This document shows positions 53,987 to 64,000 of a stretch of DNA of 64,000 nt, piece by piece. Numbering within the stretch: position 1 is the stretch's first letter; each line of letters starts with the position of its first letter. The notes beneath the pieces were generated by a model, which was given only the letters and a program-made list of their open reading frames with translations, did no database searches and was not told where the DNA came from. The DNA comes from Takakia lepidozioides (Eukaryota > Plantae > Bryophyta). The stretch spans positions 55,614,001 through 55,678,000 of the forward strand of contig CM060733.1 of assembly GCA_030704615.1 (NCBI GenBank), given 5' to 3'. The position numbers and the translations under genes are program-made.

Positions 53987-55790
53987 TTGGATCAACTTTT
54001 AGTACCAGTCATCCTCATCTAACACGATCATCATTCTTCCACATTCATAAATATTCCCTCCATCTTCTATTAACTCTGCACCATCGGCTGAAATTAAATA
54101 CCATTGCTCAACTATATTCTTCCTCCAATAATCTCTCTGATACAAAGCAGATCCAAGCTACAATAAAAACCCCTTAAGCTGCATTAACAGAGAGCAACAC
54201 CTAAACCCAAGAGGCGGGAGCTAACAGGAAGCTGCAGGGCAAACCCAAGAAGCAGCCCACTAATTCAAGCTGCCAAAAGAGAGCGCTTTAGCCTTGCCCT
54301 TCTTGAAAGATTTCTTTTGTCTCCAATTAACTTCTAGCTCGTCCCCACCAATAGGGGAGCACATGGAGCTAAGCGAGCTGCCACTCCGGTGGGATGCTGT
54401 CATTCCAATGAACCCTTGATTCCGACAATCTGGTGCAGATCAGCCCTCCTCTGCCCCAAGATTGGTCGAAGTCTTGAAGGAGCTTAAGACTCCTCCTTTC
54501 CCCGCATCTGGAAAGAGCTGAACCCATCAGCACCCATGCCTTGCGGGCCTCAGACATGATATCTGAGTGAGTCACAAAAAGCACAGACCTGACAGAGAAA
54601 GGCTTACCCGAGTAGACGAGACCACATCTGGCCTTCCAGAAATTCCACATAACGTGAGCCCTGAGTACTAGTGCAGCCCAGACCAGGCATTTAGACCACA
54701 CCCCTCCACCGTGAAAATTTAGAAGCAACACTTCTGGAGCATTCCTAGGCACTGGATTCCAGAGGTCATAAAAAGGAAGGACTCTAGACCAAAGGTAAAT
54801 TGACAATGGACAAGAAACAAAGCAGTGCTCCAAGGGTTCTGGGATCCCAGTTCTGCAGGAAATGCAGTAAGGGGGTGAGCCAGGAAAACAAATCTTGAGT
54901 GGGAGAATTCCATTAATAAGTTTCCATAGAAAGCCAGAAACCTTGGCTGCACGATCCTTCCGCTAGACATCTTTCCAAATACCTTTCCAAACAGTTGGGC
55001 CATCCCGCAGGTGAGCCCACTTCGTACTCCATTTTAAATCCATGTCAAGCACCAGGTTGAGAAGGTTGTAACCGAGTTTCATCATATAAGAAAAGAAAGA
55101 AGAATGGAGTCTATCACTCCAATACCACTCTTCGGGGTCTCAGCAGAGGGGTTCACAGTCCCTGTGGCCATGCAGAAGACCCGAATTGCATAGCAAGAAT
55201 ACTCCGGAACAATAGCTGGGCTGGGAGAATGCAGGAAGCCAGAGTCATAGGCCACAAATTTCCAACCAGATAACATACTACCGGCTCGAGACAAAGCATA
55301 AAAAGCAGATTGAGATGAGCCAAAGTCGAAGGCAAGCCAGGCTGGAAGGCTCCTTATGTTGATTGGGAAGGAGGATAGAGAAAGCTAGGAAGAGAACCCT
55401 GATGTGAAACAACAGAGATTTATCCATCTCAATGTTCCCCTGGAGGTGGAGATGGCCCTCGATATCAGCCTTAAAGCCCAGACCTGATGCCATCCTGTCA
55501 TCGAAGGAGAGAACCAAGAGTACCATGCTGCTGGGATGAGGAGATGCCATCCATGCAGGGGTAGAGGAGGCTGTGTTCGTGTCATCTAGGATGGGCAACA
55601 TGTATTAATGTGGGATGTTAGCTATGATAGTGCTCCAAGCCCTTGCCCTCCACCTGCCAACCACTTCAGCCACAGCATCCTCCGAGGCAAATTGATTTTG
55701 TGATATGATGCTAGCAATGTGAGTGAAACCTGACCCTCCCAAAAAGCCCATCTCGGAGACTGTTGGAGGGGGGGCTGCTATTTCATGAGC
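53983..55790 (-). mobile_element. 5'-truncated L1-like LINE (zf-RVT C-terminus)
   Basis: EHCFVSCPLSIYLW..WNFWKARCGLVYSG fits the plant L1 HxFxxC..WxxWKxRN pattern; upstream frames are broken. Confidence 0.7.
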
Positions 55791-56232
55791 CATGAGCCAT
55801 GAGCGGCATGAGCCATGAGCAGAGTCGTAAGTGTGGAAAAAAACATGAGCAGCACTATTTTCCGGAAATGAGTGTCCGCGGGAATAGGGTTTAGGGTGCC
55901 ACGGTCATAGGGGGAGAAGGACCTCCCGATGAAGGAGGTTCGGCAATGTTATTTAGAATTATATATTGAAAGGCAATGTTTCGCGAATGGTAGGGTGGTA
56001 CTGCTCTGTACAATGGGGGCCCATTTCAGCCTACCAGCCATTTGCAAAATTCACCCACACTCCCAATCCCAAACGAAATGAGCAATGACGCATTCTCGGA
56101 ACGATGGACACAGAATAGAATAAAAAGAGGGCACAATGAGGTTTTTATTGATCCACATGAATTGCATTTGAAGCACGTCTACTGTGCTGATTGTGCCCTC
56201 AAATCTTGAGCCCTGTGCCTACTGAATACAAG

Positions 56233-56794
56233 TCACGTTGTCAATGGGACTTCGACTGCTCTCAGAACTAGCTCATGAGTCCTGGGGCTCCTCCATGTAA
56301 AGTCGATTGCAGCCGTTGTACCGCCCCTAGTGATGTTCACCACAATGTCCTGCCCTTCAATCATACCACCATCGAATATCGAAATCTTCACGTTTTCGTC
56401 GTCCACACCAATGCGAATGTCCCCATACAATGGAGAAGAGGAGCGCACTCCCTGGAGAATAGGTCTCTCCGATGGAGTCCACCCACGTCCAGTGGCAGCA
56501 GTTCCACCGCAACAGCATAGCAGTGCGCCTTCTTCTGCATGGGTGACCGTCGTAGCTGGGAAAATCGGAATCGAGGATGCGCAGGAGCCACGGACTCCTC
56601 AAACCAAGATCGTCACCCCGCTCGAAGGCGTAGTGGCCTACGATATACTCAAAAGCCACCAATGTTTCCACAATCGAACCAGTATCTTCTGTGTAATCTG
56701 TGTACCAGATAACAATGTCTCCCGATGTGGCCGAATACATTGCATAATCGATGCCTCCAAAGGGGCAGTCGTCCCGGTTCCGGAAGCACGGCAT
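56233..56794 (-). pseudogene. Orphan ~190-aa protein, paralogue A (one frameshift near 56445)
   Basis: MPCFRNRDDCPFGGIDYAM..SGDIVIW..PWLLRILD..LRWNCCHWT..YGDIR..FDGGMIEGQDIV..ELVLRAVEVP is collinear with paralogue B. Confidence 0.65.
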
Positions 56795-57344
56795 CCTTGC
56801 AAAGGAGGACCTGAGGACGACTTGGATGCCGATGACCTTGCGGACAGCTACGAAGCCCTTAGATTTTGGAAATGATACGAAGCGGAAGAGCAGTCCGGCC
56901 TCCAATAATGGAGCATCTGGGTCACACGTACCCACCGACGGAGGTGGAACGTGTTCATCACGCCAGCGGTGGATGAAGCCATATATCTTTCTCATCAACA
57001 AGTTATAGTTTGAGATCTGCCACCGAAGTCCATCCCCCCGGATGGAAATTCGGCGCCGCATTTACATCGAAGAGGGGATGGACTTCGTCGTGTCCAGTGG
57101 CTATCGGCCCACCTGGCAGTGACTGCCCATAGTTTGCATGGCAGGGTAGGAAACTAAAACGGCTACATTCATGCAGCAGCCAATCTTCATCGGTCCAGGA
57201 TCCTGTAGGGGGGAAATTTAAATGTGCCCTGGAGAGTTTGTGAGGGATTGCAGCGTTAGCTTGAACTTTTTCCAGCCACCGCGCTGCTCCTCCTCCATCC
57301 GGGAGCTGCTGTCATTGAGCGTACTCCGCTACTCTTTTTCAAGG

Positions 57345-57923
57345 ATGCCGTGCCGCCAAAATCCAGCCGACTGCCCTTATCATGGCCACGATTATGCTAT
57401 GTTCAAACCAGAATCAGGAGACATCATTGTCTGGCTCTCTGTTTTCACAGACGCTGCTGGAATCAAGCAAGAGTCTTTGCGCGCAATGGAGTATCTGGAG
57501 GGCTATTACCGCTTTGAGCGAGGTGAGGGCGAGGGTCAATGCGGTCCGTGGGTCCTGAAAATTGTTGACCTCGATATACCAAGCTGGAAACGGATGCCGG
57601 ATAGATCACGCACGGCCTCGCTTTGGCGCTGGAACTGCTGCCAGTGGACCAGGGAGGACGGCACCGGGGAAAACTATATACGTGCAGATCACTCCGCTCT
57701 TCCAGTGTATGGAGACATTCGGCTGCGTTGCGAAGACGAATCGAACGGGCACATGAGGCCCACAGTGACCTTGTCAATGTATGATGGTGGTATCATTGAT
57801 GGACATGACATTGTCGCCGGCTCCAGCAAGGGCAGCAGAACGACCGAATTGCAGTTTACCTCGAGGTGCCGCAGCAGTGATGAGCTTGTTTTGAGGGGTA
57901 TCGAAGTTCCGTCGACTTGGTGA
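57345..57923 (+). CDS. Orphan 192-aa protein, paralogue B (intact)
   Basis: MPCRQNPADCPYHGHDYAM..SGDIIVW..PWVLKIVD..WRWNCCQWT..YGDIR..YDGGIIDGHDIV..ELVLRGIEVP. Protein-level conservation with paralogue A supports coding status. Confidence 0.7.
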   Translation: MPCRQNPADCPYHGHDYAMFKPESGDIIVWLSVFTDAAGIKQESLRAMEYLEGYYRFERGEGEGQCGPWVLKIVDLDIPSWKRMPDRSRTASLWRWNCCQWTREDGTGENYIRADHSALPVYGDIRLRCEDESNGHMRPTVTLSMYDGGIIDGHDIVAGSSKGSRTTELQFTSRCRSSDELVLRGIEVPSTW

Positions 57924-58180
57924 AGCCCATGTAGAAGGAGGAAGGGCTTAGTTTTGTCTGCAGTTGGTAAATGTGAGACATCGTGTCCGATCAATAAACC
58001 CATCGTACCTCACTTCTGTATGATTGTGTTTCATTGTGTTGAATAACTGTCGGAATTGGCCCACTGTTTACAATTTGATGTCTCATTTCTACAATGTGTC
58101 TGTCCGGATGAATATAGCAGAGTAACCGGTATGTGAGTCATGTGTCAAGAATATACCAGAGTAACGCCATGTCGGACATT

Positions 58181-58975
58181 GAAATGCGGCACCGCATTTC
58201 CATGTCGCCATCGAAATGTGGCGCCGCATTACCATGTCGGCACCGAAATGCGGCGCCGCATTTCCATGTCGGGATCGAAATGCGGCACCGCATTTCCATG
58301 TGGAACAAGAAAATGCGGTGCATCATTTCCGTCTTGGTACACGAAATACCAACACGGGTCTATAAATTGATCAGAAAACGAGGTTTGCATTGCAAATGCG
58401 GCGACGCATTTCCACCTTGGCAATGGAAACTTCTTTTTGGACAAGGGAATGCGGTGCCGCATTTCCGTACAACACTTCGAAAAGTGTGACATTTCCGACC
58501 AGCGCGATGGAATGCGTTACCGCATTTCCGAGAGAGGGTCTGCAGATGGACAAATTGCGATGTCCGTTCTGGAAATGCGGCGCCGCATTTCCATGTCCGT
58601 CATCGACTTTTTTTTAACAATGGAATGCGGTGCCAATTTTTTGCTGATGGGCCTGCAGTTCGAACAACGACCATCCCCAATACTGAAATGCGGCACCGCA
58701 TTTTCAATCCCGCCATGTCGACCTCCTTGTTCGACCTCGTTGTTCGACCTCTGTAAGCGTGGTGGCATCCATGCAATGAGTGGGAGAGGCCAAAACTGGC
58801 GTGTGGACAAAGGAAATTTTGGAAATGCGGCACCGCATTTCCAATTCAGATTACTTTTTACTATGCCAACATTGAAATGGAAAATTTAGTCCCTCCCTGT
58901 TTTGGAAATGCGGTGCCGCATTTCCAAAAGAGGTTCTTAGAGTTCCCCTGTTTTGGAAATGCGGTGCCCCATTTC
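58181..58975. repeat. Array of ~14 copies of a 20-bp palindrome GAAATGCGG(CG/CA/TG)CCGCATTTC
   Basis: Copies at 58181, 58213, 58245 and 58277 (32-bp period), then ~58310, 58394, 58446, 58510, 58572, 58622, 58685, 58822, 58905 and 58956. Isolated copies lie at ~57043, 60274, 61533 and 62740. Confidence 0.92.
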
Positions 58976-59139
58976 TGATTTTAGGAGCGTCGTGGTTTGG
59001 GCGATTGTGTGGCTGGAATGCACACTGGAGAGGGGTCACGAATGTCGGGCAGAATTTCCTTTATATACTCTGGAAGAGAATTTACATTTACAGAGACTTC
59101 ATTAAAATTCTATTAATCTTGAAAATCATCCGAATCCTC

Positions 59140-62100
59140 ATCCTGTTCTAGACTGTCCTGCTCCTCCTCCACCCCCTCAGTGCCTCTCTCATCTCCAGCG
59201 GACTGCTCGTTGGCCAGGCTTTCGAAAATCCCATCTTCCCCTTGCGGAACTGTCCATCTCACCTCCGTTGGGTCGTCTTCCTCCCTGTCTGCGTCGCTCT
59301 CATCCGCTGAATCACATATGTACTTTCGTACCCGTCTACCTGTCTGAGCTGCTCTTTCCTTATCCTTCTGTCCTCCCTAGCCCTCTCCAAAATCTGCTCT
59401 ACTTTACTGGGATTCTCACTTCTTCTAATCGCTGTATTTGCGAGTTTAGCTGCATAACTAGGAAGGGAGTAGTCCCTCACCGGGCTCGTCATGAAGTCGG
59501 CCCTCGCAAAGAACGGGACATTCTTCCTGGCAGGAAGTGTAGGCCCTACATGTTTCGACCCGGACCCTGCAATCCTGCACATGACAATCATCAACGAGAC
59601 TAATGAGAACCACAGTCGGGAAATTCGTTTGACATAAATGACCCAGAAGGCTTTGCAAACTTACAATGTTTGCACTCACTCGTATTCCGGGTTCTCCTCC
59701 GCATCAATGTCCACTGTGTCTTCCTCGGACTCCGACGAATCCGAGGAGACTTCCGCTCTGTCGGGAGCCTTAACATTCCGTTGCAGCCCTTCAGATGGGA
59801 TCCCCACACGGATGAATCCTCCTCGTAGGCAAAGAGGTGCCGGTCGGAAAACCGCCCAGCCCACATTGAGGCACCTGTTACAATGCCATCCACACATTAC
59901 CACATGGCGCTTCAGATGTTGCGAACTACATCCTAACGAGAATTTGCAGAACAGCATAGATCAAGATTCTGCATACCTGTCCCACAGATGAGGTCGAGCA
60001 CTGTGCCCTCCACGTCTGTGCATGTCTCCATAATTGTCTGAATGAAGGCAGGGCTCCGAGTCCGTGAGTACCGCAGGGGTTCCGTTGAAGTGAGGCTATG
60101 AGGGAGAAGTTCCTTGGGAACGTTGTTGAACAGAACGTCGTAATCGAGTGGGTCGCAGTTCGGGTCAACCTTTCCTCCCTCCTTCCGGAAAGCAAAGGTG
60201 GAGTTCTCCTTCACAAAGCAGTATGCATCGAACTGCTTCGTCTGCATACACAGGGGGAAAACGATTAGAAACCGAATGCGGCACCGCATTTGAAAACACC
60301 CAAGCAAATGAATGGACGAGTGCCAGTGTCGTAATCACCTTCTTCCCTTCCGACCGAAGGCCCAGTGTGTTGATGCACGTCCACTTCTTTTTCAGAATCG
60401 GGACGGCGCTCTTGCGGGTCCACTTCGCAATTCCTGTCTGAGTGTTTTTTCCTCTGCTCGCCAGGACAACCACACAGCCTCTGTCGTCCAACACCATGCG
60501 GGCAAGCCCGAATCCTTTCTTCCAAAAGTCCTCCGAGTACCTGTTCCAAGATGGCAAAGCTTGCAGTCCTTCCACAGGCTCTCCGTCCGGAATATCCAAG
60601 ATGATCATATCGCAAGACCACTCGGTGGCATTTCCGCCCCTCCTACAATCCTTGTCTGCACACACCCTCTCAAAGAACGAGACCATATTCTGAAATCCTG
60701 GGGTGTCGGAAGGCTCTTCGGCAGTCGCCTTCTTCAGTGCTCTGCCCTTCAGACCCTCCATGGTCTTCATGTATGCCAACTTGGCTGCCCGTCCATCCAA
60801 AGCCGCCAAGAAACTCTCATTTACACACTGGACCACTGTTTCGGGAGCCACTTTCGGCCTCTTCATTTCCACCGGCTCGAAAGGGTGCCCCCCTGGGGGG
60901 TTGAAGAGTGCCTTCTTTGCCGAGCCAGTTCTCGTGCCTCTCGTGACAACGGTGGGCACAGGGGAGGCAGCCTGCGTTTGGGGGGGTGGGCTGGTTGCAA
61001 AGTCTCCATCGGAGTCCTCTTCCTCACCCTCTTCCTGAACAGGCTGTTTCTGCTTCTTCGTTTTGGCGGGTGTCACAACAGCTGCTCCTTGCTGGCGAGT
61101 CCTCTTCTTCGACCCCTTCTGTTGGGCCTGCACAGCTGCATCCACCGTCTTTTGTGCCATCTCAGCTGCCTTTCTGGATTCTTCCAGAGCAGCAGATTCC
61201 TTTGCCGACTTTGGCCCAGCAGGGACATCTTTCCTTTCTCTTCTCTTCTGCCAAGGCGTGCAGATCTTTCTCAGACTCGTCAACAATACCGCCAGACATG
61301 TCCAGGTACCACGGGCATCCAACGAGATGCGCGGGATGCCATTGTTTCTGCATCTCGGGTGTGTAGACACAGCTTGGGCCCGCCACGGTCCAAGCCATGA
61401 AGAACGGGGGCTCTTGAGCCAGGGCCCCTGTCTGAAGGAGCACGTATTTCATATACCTGCAAGGCAGTCAGCATGCGTGAGCAAAAGTTGAGACCAACCT
61501 ACTCGCAGAGTGCCACCGAAAACATAAAATGCGAATGCGGTGCCGCATTTCCGAGACAAACCTCGTAACCAGGCTTCGCATACAAGGGCAGCTGTGCTTC
61601 ACCTGTAAACAATTCGCATTGCAGCTTTCCCCGCTCCCTCCTGATGTGTAAACTCCACGCTCCTTCTTGCTGTCTGTAGCTCTCTGGCGAAAAGGTTGTC
61701 CTTGTACGCACATCTGAAACGTGTCACGTAGTCTTCCAATGTCTGTGTTCCATCCCATTTGACGTACAAGCCGAACGAATTTGTGTGCATTACGACTTGC
61801 TCCTTCGCATTCGACATTACCTGCGATTCCCAAATGCATTGTCACGTAGCAGTTCAGGGAATTCATGTCAGAAAAGCAAATCTGGGGAAGTACCTTGAAT
61901 TACCTGGAACCACCAAGTCATACGGTTGAGCCACACATCCACTGCAGGGTCGGAAACTTCCAGTGGAAAAGACCACATTGTCCTTATGCTCTCGGATGCA
62001 TTCCAGATCGACAGCCACCGTGTCTGCCATTTCCGATCCAATGTCAGGAGCTGGAAGAGAGTGGCTATTGCTAGGAAGGAACTTCAGTGCATTGAAACCT

Positions 62101-64000
62101 CACCTTCTCTTTCGCCTCCACACATGCCGTTGAGAGGTGATGCAGTTTCTCCAATTGCATGGTCGGCTGCATGGCCCGAGAATAGTGTTTTGCAATCTCG
62201 GGGATGAAGTCCTTTCCAAGTGCCGGATCTGCAATTGCCACCAGCTTCACAAGCTTTGACTTGTATTTGGTTCTGGACTTGACACCGGCTTCCTTCAAGT
62301 GCTCAGTCAATGACTGCAACGTTTTGACCTGCCCCTCACTTTCCATGAAGAAGCGTTTGGCATGGGCCAAATCCAGCTTGATGTTTGACTGCCAACAAAA
62401 ACATGCAGAAGCGTTACATTCGATTCATGTGGAAACATTACTGAAAATTGGGGAAGGATGAGCAGAGGGAAATTGGAGGACGACTTACTTCGTATATCAC
62501 CTCCACCATTCCATCCATAGTGAGACGATACCATGTCCGGTCTGTTTTTGCAACGGCTTTCTGAATGAGCTCGGGCTCCAGCATTTCCGCAAACATCTGC
62601 GGATCAGTGAGACCAGTTTTCCTCACCCTGTACAGCATGTGTGCCATGTGGGTATGCACGTACGCATTTTCAGTGACCCTGCAAGGCACACTCTCCAGTT
62701 CAGTACACGGAAGCACGGAAACAAACCAGAATGGAAACCGAAATGCGGCACCGCATTTCGAACGTGCTAGGGAGGGTATGAGTATCTTACGAGTTGAGGT
62801 CCGCCATGGCATTCTTGAGCAGGGAGGAGTCTGCCGCCTTCACCTTGAGGATGACACACTCCACCATGTAATGCCAGCCAATGTGCTTGGCATGGTTCTG
62901 CTTGATGTACTCCCACCAGGCGAGAAGTCGGTGATTCCCGTCCCACACAAAGAACATTTTACCCGACATATGGCCGAAGTCGGGATCACCCTTCAGCGTC
63001 GCCTGAATTCGTGGTTGCGAGTTGCCAGTGGGTATCCCACGTTGACAATTCATCGGCAGTGGGTCCACGAGTTTCGCCGTCCTCATTCTCAATGGAAACG
63101 TAAAACGCTGCCGATCCCAGACGGTACCCTTCTCGAAATGCGAACTTGAGCTTATCCACATCTCCGGGAAGGGCCTGCCTGACGATGGGAAGGGAGACCA
63201 TGCGACAGAGTGGGATTCGAAGAGTCCGCTGGAATACCCTGCTGCCCAGAACTCTGCCAATGCTACTGTGTGTCTCCTCCAACATTTTATCCGCTGCACT
63301 TTTGAAATCCTCCGGAGACATGTCTGTAGGTGCCGGTAGTGGCTGAGCAGCTGGAGCATCCTCAACTGGAGCTGCACTCTGGGGCCTGTCTGCGGGCAAT
63401 TCTGCCATTGCAGAGGCCTCCTCCGGGCCTGCTTGCTCATCGGTGGTGAGGTCTTGCTGCGAAAGTTGAGCGGCAGCACCCTCCTCCGGTACCAAATCGA
63501 GATCAACGGTCGATCCCATTGCCTTCGCTGCAGCAGAGTCGGCCCCAACATCTGCAGGCGGGAAATCCTCCAGGAACTGAGCTTCAGCTCGTGGAAGCGG
63601 TTTTGCGGGAGATTGTTCGCCCGTCGCCCTGATTGCCTTCTGCTTCCTCATCCTTGCAGGTGAAGGTGTCTGCTGCAATTGAATCTGTCTTCTACCCTGC
63701 TGCTTCATTCGCGTTGGGGGGGGTGAATCGGCCTGAGCCGGTTCAGAAGCCAGTAGAGGGACGGGCTGCTTCTTCTTTCGACTTTGCTGGAGAAGGGCCC
63801 GACCCCTGCTGGCGATTCTCCATGACCGAAGAACGCGAGTCGATCTCTGGGACTTTGAACTTGCCCTTCGAAGACGCGTCTTTGAATCGCAGAGGGCTAG
63901 GCCCGGCAGGAATACCCGCGCTCGGGGATCGGGTGGGTGTACGTGCTGCAGCTAGCTCCTCGGACTCTTCCTGGCTCTTCGGATTCCTGCGATCCCTCCA
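59140..64000 (-). pseudogene. Spliced ParB/Srx-like + beta-class amino-DNA-methyltransferase-fold gene (copy 2); runs off the window; several frameshifts
   Basis: IPLCRMV..VRQAL..DVDKL..FFVWDGNHRLLAW (ParB-fold DGxHR); DMIILDIPDG; RTRSPAFIQTIMETCTDVEGTVLDLICGTG|ASMWAGRFSDRHLFAYEED; Cys-rich tail. GT-AG introns at e.g. 62790-62679, 61602-61457 and 60338-60242. The 3' end is approximate. Confidence 0.75.

Noticed and set aside
55853-55900. CACTA terminus and TAGGGTTTAGGG telomere-like motif as the end of the ParB-MTase element
   Set aside because: The sequence after CACTA is atypical, there is no partner TIR or TSD in the window, and the telomeric match is under two full units.
58181-58975. 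CRISPR-like array
   Set aside because: The first spacers are only 12 bp and similar to each other, later ones are irregular. No cas genes; eukaryotic spliced context; the same motif occurs singly in introns.
60312-61400. 362-aa plus-strand ORF
   Set aside because: Antisense shadow of the GC-rich MTase exon.

Overview
Eukaryotic, intron-containing, transposon-dense DNA, most likely from a non-seed land plant (inferred from the gene and TE types). One clear host gene is present: a TZP-like zinc-knuckle/Plus3 gene on the minus strand (~7.7-14.0 kb). A candidate first exon at ~20.4-21.3 kb lies beyond a stretch filled with LINE fragments. The rest is nested and rearranged mobile DNA. Two systems stand out. 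(1) A decayed Ty3/Gypsy LTR retrotransposon (minus, ~35.0-44.5 kb) whose polyprotein runs gag, protease, DNMT3-like C5 cytosine methyltransferase, RT, RNase H, integrase, PHD finger. (2) Two diverged copies (~27.0-30.5 kb plus; ~59.1-64.0 kb minus) of a spliced gene with a beta-class amino (N6A/N4C) DNA methyltransferase fold and an atypical DIPD motif. The right copy also has an N-terminal ParB/Srx-like domain (WDGNHR). Each copy has its own palindromic DNA motif, found in its introns (and, for the right copy, in a downstream array), reminiscent of ParB/parS. Also present: a ~1 kb satellite folded into a ~1.6 kb-arm palindrome, a degenerate DNA transposase, an Athila-like gag-pol, LTR elements with a long env-position ORF, a solo LTR, an L1-like LINE and a head-to-head pair of orphan ~190-aa paralogues. 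All calls come from reading motifs by eye; no searches were run.
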